Shown one piece after another: positions 22,730 to 34,530 of a stretch of DNA of 35,885 bases. The stretch spans positions 1 through 35,885 of the IMG/VR virus record IMGVR_UViG_3300043414_001406, one strand, 5' to 3'. A program made the translations under genes and the position numbers. Numbering within the stretch: position 1 is the first letter of the stretch; every line of letters begins with the position of its first letter. A model generated the notes under the pieces. That model saw only the letters and a list, made by a program, of their open reading frames with translations. It made no database searches and had not been told where the DNA came from. The DNA comes from a virus. Taxonomy: Duplodnaviria; Caudoviricetes.

Positions 22730-23596
22730 ATGGGAATACTTAATTTTGGAAAAAGGATGGCTTTAGGAACTGGCAGAGCTGCAGAAAAAACATTAACTCG
22801 CTTAGGGACTAATAAGGCTGCACTTACCGGTATTGGTTTAGCTGCATTTGGTTTAGGTGTTGCAAATAAAACCGGTCCTGCAGCACGGGATGCTGCTATG
22901 GATATTTCTATGGGAGATCCTAACGCCGATGTAGCCTTCTTGGGTAAAAAGATGTCTGCAAGATATTTAGCAGGCACAGCCATTGGCGGAAATTTAGGTG
23001 GCGTAATGAGAGCTTCAAGTCCTAAAGATTATTTTACAGAAAATCCGATGTTTATGCCCGGTCCTGCTGGTGCAGCTAATCCTGTTGGTGGTGCGGTAGG
23101 CGGAGTTGCTGGAATGGGTGTTGGCGCAATTGGTGGAGCAATGGTTGGATCCATATTTGGCAAAGGTGGAGAAACTGCTGGTGGAATAATTGGTGGAGCA
23201 TTGGGTGCTGTTGCAGGTGGCACTGTTGGAGTTGGAGGTGGAGCGGTGCCTGCAGAAGCTATTGTTGGAGGAACCGCTGTAGCTGGCACAGTTGGCGGGG
23301 CAGTAGGTGCCGGTGTAGGCTCAAGTATAGGCGGAGCAATCGGGAAGCATATGGGAATGGGTTTTGCAGGCAAGGTCGTTGGAGGTTTAGCTGGAGCAGG
23401 ACTTGGTGCAGGCGTAGGTGCTAGTGCGGTCGTTGCTGGAGCAACTTCTCCAGTAAGGCATTATATGAAAGATAATCAACAATTTTTCAATGAGTCACCA
23501 TATGCAAAAAGTTCTAGTTCTTTAGCTGTAGCTCAGGCGCTTAATGCGAATGGGGATATTGTTCTCGGTATGCATAACTCTAGAAGGGGCTACTAA
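22730..23596 (+). CDS. Glycine-zipper hydrophobic protein (putative virion/ejection protein)
   Basis: Extended GxxxG repeats over more than 100 aa. Confidence 0.75.
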   Translation: MGILNFGKRMALGTGRAAEKTLTRLGTNKAALTGIGLAAFGLGVANKTGPAARDAAMDISMGDPNADVAFLGKKMSARYLAGTAIGGNLGGVMRASSPKDYFTENPMFMPGPAGAANPVGGAVGGVAGMGVGAIGGAMVGSIFGKGGETAGGIIGGALGAVAGGTVGVGGGAVPAEAIVGGTAVAGTVGGAVGAGVGSSIGGAIGKHMGMGFAGKVVGGLAGAGLGAGVGASAVVAGATSPVRHYMKDNQQFFNESPYAKSSSSLAVAQALNANGDIVLGMHNSRRGY

Positions 23597-24984
23597 TGGC
23601 TGAGCAGTATGGTAATGAGGGAGATTTTAGTCAGCCAGAAATGGTTCAGCCAGGCGAAATGCCGCTTGCGTTCAGGATGATGGAGAATTTGCCAGGGATT
23701 GGCGCTTCTATGGGGTTTGGCATATCTAGGGGTAGTCAGACCATTATGCGCGGTGGCGGATACATGGACAACATAGGGAAGGGAGTCCTTGGAAGAAGCA
23801 ATGTTACTAGAAGGTTTTCTAGAGCTGAAAGAGTAGCTAATAAGCATCGTGTTATAAGTAATGGGGCTCTTACAGAAAAAAGAGCTGGTCAATTTTTAGG
23901 CGGCGGAAGAAGAAGTGGATATTTAGCTGCCAGAGCAGAAAGACTTGCAGCCGGGGGAAAAAGTGCTGGGTTTTTGAGAAGTGCAAGATTAAATAACGTA
24001 ACTATGAGACCAAGAGCTATTGGTAGATATCATTCTCTTTCTGTTCTTGGAGAAGGTTCCTACACACCATTCGGTGGTGCTGGAATGATCGGTAAACATA
24101 TTCCAGGAATGAGGAAAGCCTTAGAAGCTCAAGGTATTGTTGCTGGTGAAGGGGAAAAGCTGTTTGGGCCTGGAGCAATGTCATTTTTAACTGCAGGTGT
24201 GAAAGTTGATAAAATTGAAAAGAGATTGGCTAAAAAAGTTGCTAAAGGAAATCCTTTTACTGGTGGATTAGAAAAAAAACTTGGCAAAGTTGATAAAAGT
24301 ATTTTTTCTTTAGCAAAGATGAACAATCGTGCTCTTACGCAAGAGTTTCTTATTGATAATGGAATTAAGCTTGGTGGGGTTGGGGTAAGGGGCGACTTAT
24401 TAGCTTCCACTGTTGGTGGAAGAGGTTCTCAATTTATGGGAGGTTATGTCAGAGGAGCTCTTGGTCACGGAGGGAGTGTAGTGGGCGAAGCGGCAAATAA
24501 AGGTGTTGGATTAGTAAGGAAGCATATGGCTGATGCTTTAGGTGAAGGGATAGTTGGGCGTGGAGGGGTTACGTTTGCAGGAGAGGCTGGAGCTAAAGCA
24601 GTTTTAGAAAAAGGTGCATTTAAAACTCTTGGAAAAGAAGGAGTGATGAAAGCCCTTGGTTCTAAAGCTGGACTAAAAGCGCTAGGAACTAGGGCAGCTA
24701 TGTTGGCTATTCCAGGTTTGAATGTTTTAGCAACAGCTTCTTTGATATATGATTTAGGCAAAATGGGTGGAGAAGTAATTAAGAGTGGTATAAATCTCGC
24801 TAAAGACTCTGTGAAGTCTTTAAGAGGAGATATTAACAAACCACTTTTTGGTATGGGCTATAAAGATACTGAGGCTGCAGCTACATCTCGTTCTAGGGGT
24901 GTGATGGCTATTCAGAATTCTCAGTTGAATGCTCGTAGTGTGTTAGGGAATGAAGGAGCGTTGATGGCAGCGCATTTTGGGTGA
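23596..24984 (+). CDS. Gly-rich basic protein (putative virion protein)
   Basis: 462-aa ORF coupled to its neighbours; hydrophobic segment AAMLAIPGLNVLATASLIY. Confidence 0.75.
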   Translation: MAEQYGNEGDFSQPEMVQPGEMPLAFRMMENLPGIGASMGFGISRGSQTIMRGGGYMDNIGKGVLGRSNVTRRFSRAERVANKHRVISNGALTEKRAGQFLGGGRRSGYLAARAERLAAGGKSAGFLRSARLNNVTMRPRAIGRYHSLSVLGEGSYTPFGGAGMIGKHIPGMRKALEAQGIVAGEGEKLFGPGAMSFLTAGVKVDKIEKRLAKKVAKGNPFTGGLEKKLGKVDKSIFSLAKMNNRALTQEFLIDNGIKLGGVGVRGDLLASTVGGRGSQFMGGYVRGALGHGGSVVGEAANKGVGLVRKHMADALGEGIVGRGGVTFAGEAGAKAVLEKGAFKTLGKEGVMKALGSKAGLKALGTRAAMLAIPGLNVLATASLIYDLGKMGGEVIKSGINLAKDSVKSLRGDINKPLFGMGYKDTEAAATSRSRGVMAIQNSQLNARSVLGNEGALMAAHFG

Positions 24985-24987
24985 TGT

Positions 24988-26841
24988 ATGAGTGTATTTA
25001 ATAGTGGTAAAGAATTTAGAAAAAGTTTAGAAAATCTATCAAGGGATGATCTTTTAGAAATTATCAGGATGCAGGATCCTGAGTTAATAAAGCAGATTAA
25101 TCGTATTGAATGGGTTTTTGCTAACAAACTTAGTCATTTAAACTGGAATGATGGCAGCCCTGTAACTAGTCGTCCTTTAACGAAGTTTGAATTAGCTCTT
25201 TTAATAGATGAACCTTTTGAGGCAGATAAAGAACTTATAGAGTTAGGTGTAAGCACAGAGCAGCAACGTCAGCTACATATTGCTAAGGATCCTGTAGTTT
25301 GGGCAAAGAACTTTCTTGGTGTTGAGTTACGTGCATATCAGATTTTAATATTAAGAGATCCTTCTTTGCGCAAGGTGTTGCGCGCAGGTCGTCGTCTTGG
25401 TAAATCTTATTCACTAGCTGTGCAGTTGTTGCATTATAGCTATACCCATAAAGATGGACGTTCTTTAGTTGTAGCCCCAATGAAAACTCAGGTAGAACTA
25501 ATTTACCAAGAAGTTTTAAGAATTGCAGCAAAGAATGAATCTGTGATGAATTCAATTGTTCGCAAAGTTACTAGTCCACAATTTATGATCCAATTTACTA
25601 ATGGTTCGACTATTAGATTTTTCACTTCAGGTATGCGTAGTGGCGGAAAAAGTGATGTTGCTCGTGGTCAGGAAGCTCATCTAATTATTCTTGATGAGAT
25701 GGACTATATGAATCCTGGGGACCTTGATGCGCTGTACGCGATGTTGCAGAAGACTGCCGAAGATCAGCCGGATAAGGTTCTAATTGGAGCTTCTACTCCT
25801 ACTGGAAGAAGGGAGAGATTTTGGGAATGGTCTCTTTCTGAAAGATTTAAAGAATTTTGGTTTCCTTCATACTGCAATCCATTTTTTAGTAAAGAACAGG
25901 AAGAGGAATTCAGGGAGCAATATTCATCAAGTGGATATCGGCATGAAATTGAGGCTGATTGGGGAGAAGATTCGGAAGGTGTATATCCGCGTAAGTTCGT
26001 TGATATGTCTTTTATTTCTCCTGGTTGGAATTATATTCCGGAAATAACGTCTGCTAGATCTTTCCATATTATTGGAGTTGATTGGGATAAATATGGAGCA
26101 GGTACAAATATTGTTGTTTTAGAAGTTTGTAATGATAATTATGAAGAGGAAAGATTCAGAGGAAAAGTAAAACTTTGTTATCGTGAAGAAATTAATAAGT
26201 CTGAATATACTTTAACTAAGGCAGTAGATAGAATTATTGAACTTAATAAACTTTTTAATCCTAAGCATATTTATGTTGACCGAGGATTTGGTGAAGTCCA
26301 GGTTGAGCTTCTTCGTAAGCATGGTGTAGAAAATCCTTCTTCTAAGTTAAAAGAAAGAGTTAAAGGTATTTCTTTTGCGGAAAGTATAGATGTTCGCGAT
26401 CCATATACTAAACTTATGATTAAGAAGGAAATTAAACCTTTTATGGTTGATAACCTTCGACAATTCCTAGAAAAGGAAACTCTTTTGTTTCCTGAGTCAG
26501 ATGAAGAAATGTACATGCAGCTTATCTCATATGTTGTTGTGCGTACGACAAGTAGTGGTAGACCCGTATTTGAGGCGGGTGGTTCAGCTGTCGATCATGC
26601 GCATGATGCGTTAATCTTAGCGCTTTTAGCTATTACTCAAAATTATGGTGAGTTTTCTAAATCATCTTTTGCAGCTAATACTGAAGTTTTTTCTAATGAG
26701 TTTTTTATTAATAATGATAAGTCTAACGAAAATGAATCAAATTCTAAGTATGCATTGACTGGAAGAGTTCAGGCAATGTCAATGAATTCTTCAAAAAAGC
26801 GCAGTTCTTCTGGTACTAGAATTGCAAGGAAAATGTTTTAA
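24988..26841 (+). CDS. terL: Terminase large subunit
   Basis: LRAYQ, RAGRRLGKS (Walker A), LIILDE (Walker B), ASTPTG, IGVDWD, DHAHDALILA (nuclease). Confidence 0.93.
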   Translation: MSVFNSGKEFRKSLENLSRDDLLEIIRMQDPELIKQINRIEWVFANKLSHLNWNDGSPVTSRPLTKFELALLIDEPFEADKELIELGVSTEQQRQLHIAKDPVVWAKNFLGVELRAYQILILRDPSLRKVLRAGRRLGKSYSLAVQLLHYSYTHKDGRSLVVAPMKTQVELIYQEVLRIAAKNESVMNSIVRKVTSPQFMIQFTNGSTIRFFTSGMRSGGKSDVARGQEAHLIILDEMDYMNPGDLDALYAMLQKTAEDQPDKVLIGASTPTGRRERFWEWSLSERFKEFWFPSYCNPFFSKEQEEEFREQYSSSGYRHEIEADWGEDSEGVYPRKFVDMSFISPGWNYIPEITSARSFHIIGVDWDKYGAGTNIVVLEVCNDNYEEERFRGKVKLCYREEINKSEYTLTKAVDRIIELNKLFNPKHIYVDRGFGEVQVELLRKHGVENPSSKLKERVKGISFAESIDVRDPYTKLMIKKEIKPFMVDNLRQFLEKETLLFPESDEEMYMQLISYVVVRTTSSGRPVFEAGGSAVDHAHDALILALLAITQNYGEFSKSSFAANTEVFSNEFFINNDKSNENESNSKYALTGRVQAMSMNSSKKRSSSGTRIARKMF

Positions 26842-26849
26842 GGATTTTT

Positions 26850-28460
26850 ATGGTTATTAAAAACACAACAGTGAATGGTGAAACCGGTAATAATCTTTAT
26901 GCAGAGTACGGATTTAGTGGTTCTGCTCTTTCTAATTCAAGGGGAGATGATTACACTGCGAATAAATTTGGCGATGTTTATGGATATCAGCAAACTTATA
27001 CTTTTAATGATGTTTATTCAATTCCTTTAAAATCAATCAGAGGCGAAGTTTTTGCTGCTGAAGAGTTGATTAATACTACTAAAAATAATATTGAACAAGA
27101 TCTTTTAAGAAAACTTTTTATTAATCCTTATATAGATCCTGATTTACAAGAAGCTCATGATAGGGTTTGGGAAGAGGTTTCGTCTATATTGGATTTATCA
27201 AATTCATCTGACGATTCTTCGCAGATCACTAAAGCTACAATTCCTGGATATATTTGTTATGACGAATACTCTTTTGCAGAGCGTTATAAATCTTTGGCAT
27301 GTAGGCGTTTGATTTCAGAGTTTGATGAAGTCATATCTCAGTCAACATTTTCTTATTTTTTTCAGATAAGAAAACTTTTAACTTATATGGCTAGTGAAAT
27401 AGCTAATATTAAGTCTTCGTTATTATTTGATTTTGGGGAGGATTATGAAACACAATCACAACAAAAAATCGCACTCAGGTATGACACATGGACAAAGGTG
27501 GCAGTTCACTATACGCGCAGGATTACCAGCACAATCCTTTCCAAACCAGGAGAGATACCCCATGCCGAAGTGGATAAAATCTCAAAAAAACAGGCCGCAC
27601 AGCTCCAAGCTTTTTTTGCGATTAGACTGAATGCTATTGATGAAGAAATAAATAATCTTTTAGAAAGTATTAAAAGAGATCTTGTAGATAATTCGGATGT
27701 ATTTTTTAATAGATATCTTTCTAGTGCGCTTAAAATGATTGCTAAGATTGTTGAACCTTTGGATTTAGAATATAATACAACTAATTTTAGAAAAGAGTTT
27801 CCTTCTTTGTCGAAGGAGGTAGCGTTTGCTACGTTAGCTTTTGAGGGTAATTTTACCGCTATTCACGCTGATCTTGTTGAGAGATTTGAGATGACAACAG
27901 CACGCATTGATGCTGTTTTGATGTTGATTCATGAGAAAAGAAAATTTGCACATCACATTACTCAACTTTCTGCAAAAGCAGCTGTTAAAAAGAAAGTTAT
28001 TGAAACTATTACTGATGATAAATATTCAAGCATTTTTAGATCGGTACCTGTCTATTCTGGTAGAAACAGTAGTTTTAAGTCTAGCCATGCAAACTTGGAT
28101 GATTTAGATAAAGATTCTCATCCGCAATATTTACTTAAAAGTAATGGAACAATTACTGGAAATATTGCAGTTAGTGACGGTGTAAAGATAGATGGTATTT
28201 CTTTATCAGGTCATTCCCATACTGGTTCTGATGGATCTTCTAAAATATTGTCTACTGATATAGATTATTCAAGTGTTAGAGGTAGTTCCGATTTTGTGGA
28301 TACGTATGCTCCAAAGCCTTTGTCAATTGGAATTGAAGGATTTGTTTCTGATATTATTGATGGTGGGATTCCTGTATTTGATGCAATTGTGTATATTGAA
28401 ACAAATGATGGATCTTTGGATAATTATGAATATGAAATAATATATACGGAGATTGTGTAA
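26850..28460 (+). CDS. Putative structural protein
   Basis: 536 aa; C-terminal [16 protein letters not shown] and GHSHTG motifs typical of tail-fibre-type proteins. Confidence 0.65.
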   Translation: MVIKNTTVNGETGNNLYAEYGFSGSALSNSRGDDYTANKFGDVYGYQQTYTFNDVYSIPLKSIRGEVFAAEELINTTKNNIEQDLLRKLFINPYIDPDLQEAHDRVWEEVSSILDLSNSSDDSSQITKATIPGYICYDEYSFAERYKSLACRRLISEFDEVISQSTFSYFFQIRKLLTYMASEIANIKSSLLFDFGEDYETQSQQKIALRYDTWTKVAVHYTRRITSTILSKPGEIPHAEVDKISKKQAAQLQAFFAIRLNAIDEEINNLLESIKRDLVDNSDVFFNRYLSSALKMIAKIVEPLDLEYNTTNFRKEFPSLSKEVAFATLAFEGNFTAIHADLVERFEMTTARIDAVLMLIHEKRKFAHHITQLSAKAAVKKKVIETITDDKYSSIFRSVPVYSGRNSSFKSSHANLDDLDKDSHPQYLLKSNGTITGNIAVSDGVKIDGISLSGHSHTGSDGSSKILSTDIDYSSVRGSSDFVDTYAPKPLSIGIEGFVSDIIDGGIPVFDAIVYIETNDGSLDNYEYEIIYTEIV

Positions 28461-31400
28461 TGACTTGGTTTAGTTATAAAAAACAAGGAGAGACTTCTTT
28501 CTCTTATCCGTATGTTAAAAGGAAAATATCCAAGTTTACACCAATGGATACAATTGCAGAAGGTACTTGGCTTTTTGTTGATATTTCTGATTTGGATATT
28601 GATCAGAAAGTTAACGCACAGCTAGCTAAAACTACAGATGCTTCTGCTTATGTTGTCGTTTATGAGAGTAGCATTGAGAGTTCTACAAGTGTTCTCTCAT
28701 ACGAAGACGGTACTACTGGCGAATCTAATTTTTTTCTTCCAGTTGAATCAGTGATTAATAATAATATTTTATATTTTAAAGCAGCTGAAGATCATCTTTC
28801 AAATGAGGAAATCACTTTCACTTACGCAGTTTATTATCATACTCCTAATCTTAGATATATTGCTCCAGTAGAAAGTGTAGATAGTCTTTATTACCAGGTG
28901 ACTACACCCGCTGCTGCTTCTTTTGATTCAAGTTTTTCTAGTGTTGATAGATCTTCTTTTGAAGTTACTTTAGATTCTACTACTTATTATAATTTCTCCT
29001 TTGTTAATCAAGCTTTCGATTGGAATAGTGGACTATCTAGTACTGCTGGAGCAAAAGCTTATTTGTCTTTTACTGGACCTCTAATTGAATTGTATTGTTC
29101 TAAAGGTCCTGATTTTGGTAAGTTTAGATTAAAAATTATCTCTACTGGCAATGATGCTACGCCAAATTCAATTGTAAATGTTGACTGGACTGTTATAGAT
29201 TTGTATTCTTCTTCTTATCAAGAGAATGTTCTAGTATATTCTATTGATAATCTGAGGGATGGGAATTGTTCTTTAGAGGTTGAAGTACTTGCTGATAAAA
29301 ATACCTTATCTTCTGGTAATAAGATTAAATTAAATTCTTATCAATTCAGCTATAATGTTGAATTAAGTGTTGAAAATGAAGAACTTTTTGATCAAACTGT
29401 TTTTTCTACTTTTGAAAGTTTTGCTTCTGTAGGTCAAAATATTGTACCTAGTTATATCTCTTCTGGTGGTACTGGTTCAGATGGCGCTACTGGCCCTACT
29501 GGTCCGGCAGGGCCTACTGGACCGGCAGCTGCAGCCACTTTAACTGGCCCTACTGGATCGCAGGGACCTACGGGCGCACAAGGAGCAGCTTCTAACGTTA
29601 CTGGTCCAACAGGTTCTTCTGGGGCAGTAGGTCCAACAGGAGCTACTGGATCAGGTGGAACACAAGGTGCTACTGGTCCAACAGGTGCCACGGGATTAAC
29701 TGGTGCTACCGGTGCAGCTTCTACGGTTACTGGCCCTACCGGACCTATCGGTTTAATAGGTGCTCCCGGTGGCAACTCGTTTGCCTTCACATACTCCACC
29801 ACCACCACCGCTGGAGATCCAGGTAATGGCAACCTGAGACTCAACTCGTCGCTGTCTTTGGCCAGTTCTGCCTATATCGACACCCTCGATACCAACAGCA
29901 CTCCCGTCGTATCATGGCTCTCCACGTTTGCTGCCAGCAGTAACATCTATAAGGGCTACCTGAGGATCTACTCCAAGTCGAATCCGTCGAACTTTAGCTT
30001 CTACAAGGTAACCAACTCCGTCAACTCGGGTGGCTACTACACCATCAGCTTGAGCTACGTGACTAATAACGGCGCCCTCACCACAACGACTGGCGACACC
30101 GTTGTCGAGTTCACTCAGACCGGTGACCGTGGTAACACTTGGTCGGTCGGTGCCACTGCTCCCACGGTGAACCCTTCGGGTCTGCCGTTGAGCCAGAACG
30201 ACATGTGGATCGATAACCTCGGCAACGTGTCCTTTTACGACGTTGGTATTCCTGGCTGGACTCAGCAGTCGAACATAAAAGGGCCTACTGGTTCAACAGG
30301 ATTAACTGGCAACACCGGTGCGACTGGTCCAACCGGCGCAACAGGCCCGCAGGGCGCACAGGGTGTGGTCGGCACGGCTGGAATCATCACCTACTCCGGA
30401 AACATTATCAACAACGGTAGCTTTGAAACCTGGGTCGGTTCCGTTCCGTCCGGTGGTTGGGATACATTCTGGACGGGAGGTGCCTCCACTGTCTCACAGG
30501 ATACGAGTGTCGTAACGGGTAGCTATTCGGTCAAGACCGTTCTGGGGACCTCTGCCTTCCAAAGGTTTGGCAGCAACGAGTTCATCACTGTCCCGGCCGG
30601 ACAGATCACGGCGACCTTCTACGCCAAGTATTCAGGTACCCCTGGATCAACCCTCCAGAGCGTCTCTATCACGCTGCTGACCAACACGTCGGCCAACGAT
30701 CCTAACTACTTTATCACCGGGGTCACGGCTCAGACTGTTTCGTTTACTCCCACGACCAGCTACGCCGCCTACACGGCCACGTTTACTGTCCCCGCTTCTC
30801 ATACCCGAGGCCGACTTTCGTTCTCGGTTGAGTCTGGGAACTCAAGCAGCATATCTATGTGGGTTGATAACGCTTCTGCTGTCTACTTGTACGGACCCAT
30901 TGGACCGACAGGTACCACTGGTGCACAGGGCGCAGCTTCAACTGTTACTGGCCCTACCGGATCTATCGGTTTAACAGGTAATACTGGCGCAACAGGATCA
31001 ACTGGATTAACTGGAAATACCGGTGCGACTGGCCCAACGGGTGCTACGGGATTGACTGGTCCGACAGGTCCTGTATCTAATGTTACTGGTCCAACTGGAG
31101 TTACCGGACCCACTGGTCTGCGTGGCGCTACTGGAGTAGCTGGTTCGAATGGCGCTACCGGTTCAGCTGGAGCTAACGGAGCCACAGGTCCAGCTGGAGC
31201 CAATGGGGCCACAGGCCCAGCTGGCACCAACGGAGCCACAGGCCCTACCGGTTCTGCTGGCGCAGCATCTACGGTCGCTGGTCCAACAGGTGCAACAGGA
31301 TTGACCGGTGCTACTGGTCCAACCGGCGCTGTCGGTGCAGCTTCAAATGTTACTGGCCCTACCGGATCTATCGGCTTAACAGGTAATGCTGGTGCAACAG

Positions 31401-31990
31401 GTCCGACTGGATCCACCGGGTTAACTGGAAATACCGGTGCGACTGGCCCTACCGGTTCTACAGGATTGACTGGCGCTACCGGCGCAGCCTCTACAGTAAC
31501 TGGCCCCACCGGCGTTGCAAGCAATACTGTTTCTGGAACTACAGTGAATTTAAATCCAAGTACAAATTTAGCAATTAATGGTACAACAGCTAAAGTGTTA
31601 ACAGCTATACAATATTCTGCCTCTAATGCCGCACTAACAAATCAAATTACAACATTTGGAGACATCTCTAATGCCTCTATTACATTTGCAGGCAATACTG
31701 GGGATACAGTTGTAATAGATTGCTCATTTGATGTTTCAGTAACAGTAGCGACTGTTCAGGCTACTTGCAGGCTTCTGTTGAATGGATCAGCAGTTGGCGG
31801 TCAGCCTGTAGTAGGCTCTTCTTCTGCAACTGCTCCAGCTCGCGCTGGTGCAACAATCCTCTATACTCAAGCACTTGGCTCAACTAACTCTGCACACGTT
31901 GCTAAACTTCAGGGTATTGGATCAGCTAGCGGAACAATTTTCCAGTCAGGTAACTGTACTATTAGACTTATGGTTTTTGCTACAAAATAA
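28460..31990 (+). CDS. Collagen-like tail fibre with a carbohydrate-binding-like domain
   Basis: Three G-X-T tracts (GPT/GAT/GST); domain starting [11 protein letters not shown]. Confidence 0.88.
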   Translation: MTWFSYKKQGETSFSYPYVKRKISKFTPMDTIAEGTWLFVDISDLDIDQKVNAQLAKTTDASAYVVVYESSIESSTSVLSYEDGTTGESNFFLPVESVINNNILYFKAAEDHLSNEEITFTYAVYYHTPNLRYIAPVESVDSLYYQVTTPAAASFDSSFSSVDRSSFEVTLDSTTYYNFSFVNQAFDWNSGLSSTAGAKAYLSFTGPLIELYCSKGPDFGKFRLKIISTGNDATPNSIVNVDWTVIDLYSSSYQENVLVYSIDNLRDGNCSLEVEVLADKNTLSSGNKIKLNSYQFSYNVELSVENEELFDQTVFSTFESFASVGQNIVPSYISSGGTGSDGATGPTGPAGPTGPAAAATLTGPTGSQGPTGAQGAASNVTGPTGSSGAVGPTGATGSGGTQGATGPTGATGLTGATGAASTVTGPTGPIGLIGAPGGNSFAFTYSTTTTAGDPGNGNLRLNSSLSLASSAYIDTLDTNSTPVVSWLSTFAASSNIYKGYLRIYSKSNPSNFSFYKVTNSVNSGGYYTISLSYVTNNGALTTTTGDTVVEFTQTGDRGNTWSVGATAPTVNPSGLPLSQNDMWIDNLGNVSFYDVGIPGWTQQSNIKGPTGSTGLTGNTGATGPTGATGPQGAQGVVGTAGIITYSGNIINNGSFETWVGSVPSGGWDTFWTGGASTVSQDTSVVTGSYSVKTVLGTSAFQRFGSNEFITVPAGQITATFYAKYSGTPGSTLQSVSITLLTNTSANDPNYFITGVTAQTVSFTPTTSYAAYTATFTVPASHTRGRLSFSVESGNSSSISMWVDNASAVYLYGPIGPTGTTGAQGAASTVTGPTGSIGLTGNTGATGSTGLTGNTGATGPTGATGLTGPTGPVSNVTGPTGVTGPTGLRGATGVAGSNGATGSAGANGATGPAGANGATGPAGTNGATGPTGSAGAASTVAGPTGATGLTGATGPTGAVGAASNVTGPTGSIGLTGNAGATGPTGSTGLTGNTGATGPTGSTGLTGATGAASTVTGPTGVASNTVSGTTVNLNPSTNLAINGTTAKVLTAIQYSASNAALTNQITTFGDISNASITFAGNTGDTVVIDCSFDVSVTVATVQATCRLLLNGSAVGGQPVVGSSSATAPARAGATILYTQALGSTNSAHVAKLQGIGSASGTIFQSGNCTIRLMVFATK

Positions 31991-32010
31991 ATTATTGTAT
32001 TGGAATTATT

Positions 32011-34530
32011 ATGGGAATTATTAAAAAGAAATTAGACAATTTAAGACCTGGCAAAGAATATCTTGTGACGGTTCGCGCCAAAAATGCGGATATTAATGTT
32101 GTATCTGAATATTCTGATTCAGTAAGATTCACCGTTCCTCAGGATTCTACTATACCTGAAGTTATTACAAATCTTCATCTTTTAGCTAATTTTGAAAAAG
32201 TAATGTTTATTTTCGATTATAGCGCCATCGCTGATTTAGATCGCTATGAGTATGAGCTTTACGATAACTCATCAGGCACTGGATCACCCGTTTCTAGTGG
32301 GTTCTCTGCCTCTAATGTGTTTACAATTTCGGTAGCCAATTCTACGGACTCAGTGTCAAGAGCATATTGGGGCAGGGTAAGAGCTATTGATACTACTGGA
32401 AACTCTGGCCCTTGGACTGGTCTTGTTCAAACCGATCAAGATACACCTCTTATAACAGAGCAATATATAAGTAGCTTGACTGCATCTAAAATCACTGCAG
32501 GAACTATTGGCGCACATACCATAACTCTTAATGGTGTAAATTCTATTTTAAAATCTTCTAATTATTCAGCAGGGTCTACTGGTTGGATGATTAATGGTAA
32601 CGGCGATGCAGAGTTTGCTACTGCAATAATTAGAGGAACAATAGATATTGGAACTAGCCCATATAAGTTTAAGGTAAGTAATATTGGTGTCGTAGAAGTT
32701 GGTCAAGCTACTTCTAATGTTTACACTATTTTAAATAGTGGTTTTGAAAATTGGAATAGTGGAAATAATATTCCAGATAATTGGGAAACCTCTCCTTGGG
32801 GGGCAGGCACTGTAACGATAAGTAGAGCTGTCTCCAGTTATGATGGGAGTTATTGTGCGAGGGTGACATTTGCTGGCACGGATCCAGCTAATTATCAAAG
32901 GTTTGGATCATCTATTTTTTCAGTTACAGGGGGACAAACAATAACCGTAGTTGCATGGGTAAGAAGAGGCGGTTCTGCTGGGGCAACCATGCCTAAAATA
33001 AGACTTGGATTTATGTCAAATACGACTAGTAATAATGTAAACTTTTACTTATTCCCTAATTATGTAGAGAGTACTGCTACTAGTTTGTCTACTAGTTGGA
33101 GAGCATATACTTTAACTGCTACTGTACCTAGTGGAGATCTTTATGGAAGAGTATGGATTACTGTCAACGATGGTGATGGGGCAAGTGATGTAATAGATAT
33201 TGATGGGGTATACGCAAATCGTGGATCGACATCTCTTTTTATTGATAATGATGGATCGATTAATATCGGAGCGGCAGTTGGCAATGGCTCATTTAATATC
33301 AGTAACAGTGGCGAAGTCACAATAGGTACTTCTCCAAGCCTTTTTAAGATTAGCCAAACTGGAGTAGTTCAGATAGGCAACACCAGTGGCACAAGACTCT
33401 TTATAGATAACGACGGTGCTATAAATATTGGCACAGCTTTAGGCTCAGGAAATTTTAAGGTATCTGCAGCTGGACAAGTAGATATTGGATCTGGAACAGA
33501 TTCATTTCATATAGCTAATAATGGAACGGTTTGGTCAGGTAGTACAGCACTATCTTCAACGTCACCGTTTGTATTGAATACTGATGGATCTATTGATATT
33601 GGAGGAAATGATAGCTCATCTTTGCACATCACGGCTTCTGGTGACGTATTTTTAGGCATAGCTAAAGCCAGCCAAGCTTCAGCTCCACTTAAAATTAATA
33701 GTGATGGAACATTAGATGTTGGCGGAAATGATAGTTCATCTTTGCATATATCTGCTACAGGTCAAGTGTACTCTGGCGTAACCAAAGGCAGTCAAGCTAC
33801 TGCACCATTCCTGTTAACTCCAAATACCGGAGCAATTAGAGTGGGAGATGTTACTGGTTCAAAAACAGTTGCAGGGTTATCTAGTATAATTTATCTTAAT
33901 GATGGCATGTATATAGGCAATAATACTATTACAGCATCTACCGCTGCTACCGGAGTCAATTGGAATGCGGCTGGAGTAATTAATTTTCAATTAAGTGCTG
34001 GAAACGGATTCATTGGAAGGCTGGGTGCATCTACCGAATTAGAGATTGGTGCCACGGGCATAAATACTCATACGCACGATATAACATCTCAGGGAACCAT
34101 ATATGGTGGGGAGTTTAGTAGGAATGATACAGTAAGCGGAGCTTTAGCGGTATATTCATCAGCAAATGCGGCAGCGTGGCAAAACTCAACTAGAGGAAAG
34201 TTATTAGGAGTTAGTAGTGCATCTTCAGTGAGGTACAAAACAGATATTAAACCTATTGAGTATGATAAATTTGTAAAAAAAATACTATCTATTCCTGTTG
34301 TTTCTTTTAAATATAAAGATGGAGTTTTATCTGACGAAGATCAACGTACCGGATTAGATATACCTGGATTTATAGCAGAGGATATTTATGATACACTTCC
34401 AATAGCATGTGATTTAAATTCTGAAGGATCGCCTGAAAACTGGAATTATAAAATCTTAATTCCCCCTATGTTAAAATTAATACAAGATATGTATGAAAAA
34501 ATTTCAGATTTAGAAAGTAAAATAAAATGA
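32011..34530 (+). CDS. Tail fibre/spike: FN3-like domains, CBM-like domain, beta repeats and C-terminal S74 intramolecular chaperone
   Basis: LRPGKEYLVTVRAKN, RVRAIDTTGNSGPW, LTASKITAGTI, SSVRYKTDIKPI...GFIAED. Confidence 0.88.
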   Translation: MGIIKKKLDNLRPGKEYLVTVRAKNADINVVSEYSDSVRFTVPQDSTIPEVITNLHLLANFEKVMFIFDYSAIADLDRYEYELYDNSSGTGSPVSSGFSASNVFTISVANSTDSVSRAYWGRVRAIDTTGNSGPWTGLVQTDQDTPLITEQYISSLTASKITAGTIGAHTITLNGVNSILKSSNYSAGSTGWMINGNGDAEFATAIIRGTIDIGTSPYKFKVSNIGVVEVGQATSNVYTILNSGFENWNSGNNIPDNWETSPWGAGTVTISRAVSSYDGSYCARVTFAGTDPANYQRFGSSIFSVTGGQTITVVAWVRRGGSAGATMPKIRLGFMSNTTSNNVNFYLFPNYVESTATSLSTSWRAYTLTATVPSGDLYGRVWITVNDGDGASDVIDIDGVYANRGSTSLFIDNDGSINIGAAVGNGSFNISNSGEVTIGTSPSLFKISQTGVVQIGNTSGTRLFIDNDGAINIGTALGSGNFKVSAAGQVDIGSGTDSFHIANNGTVWSGSTALSSTSPFVLNTDGSIDIGGNDSSSLHITASGDVFLGIAKASQASAPLKINSDGTLDVGGNDSSSLHISATGQVYSGVTKGSQATAPFLLTPNTGAIRVGDVTGSKTVAGLSSIIYLNDGMYIGNNTITASTAATGVNWNAAGVINFQLSAGNGFIGRLGASTELEIGATGINTHTHDITSQGTIYGGEFSRNDTVSGALAVYSSANAAAWQNSTRGKLLGVSSASSVRYKTDIKPIEYDKFVKKILSIPVVSFKYKDGVLSDEDQRTGLDIPGFIAEDIYDTLPIACDLNSEGSPENWNYKILIPPMLKLIQDMYEKISDLESKIK

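Noticed and set aside
29452-31524. Pro/Val-rich minus-strand ORFs (also at 16809 and 23029)
   Set aside because: Antisense reading of collagen or Gly-rich repeats
28460-34530. Diversity-generating retroelement target
   Set aside because: No reverse transcriptase and no adenine-specific TR/VR repeat pair seen; the repeats are collagen codons
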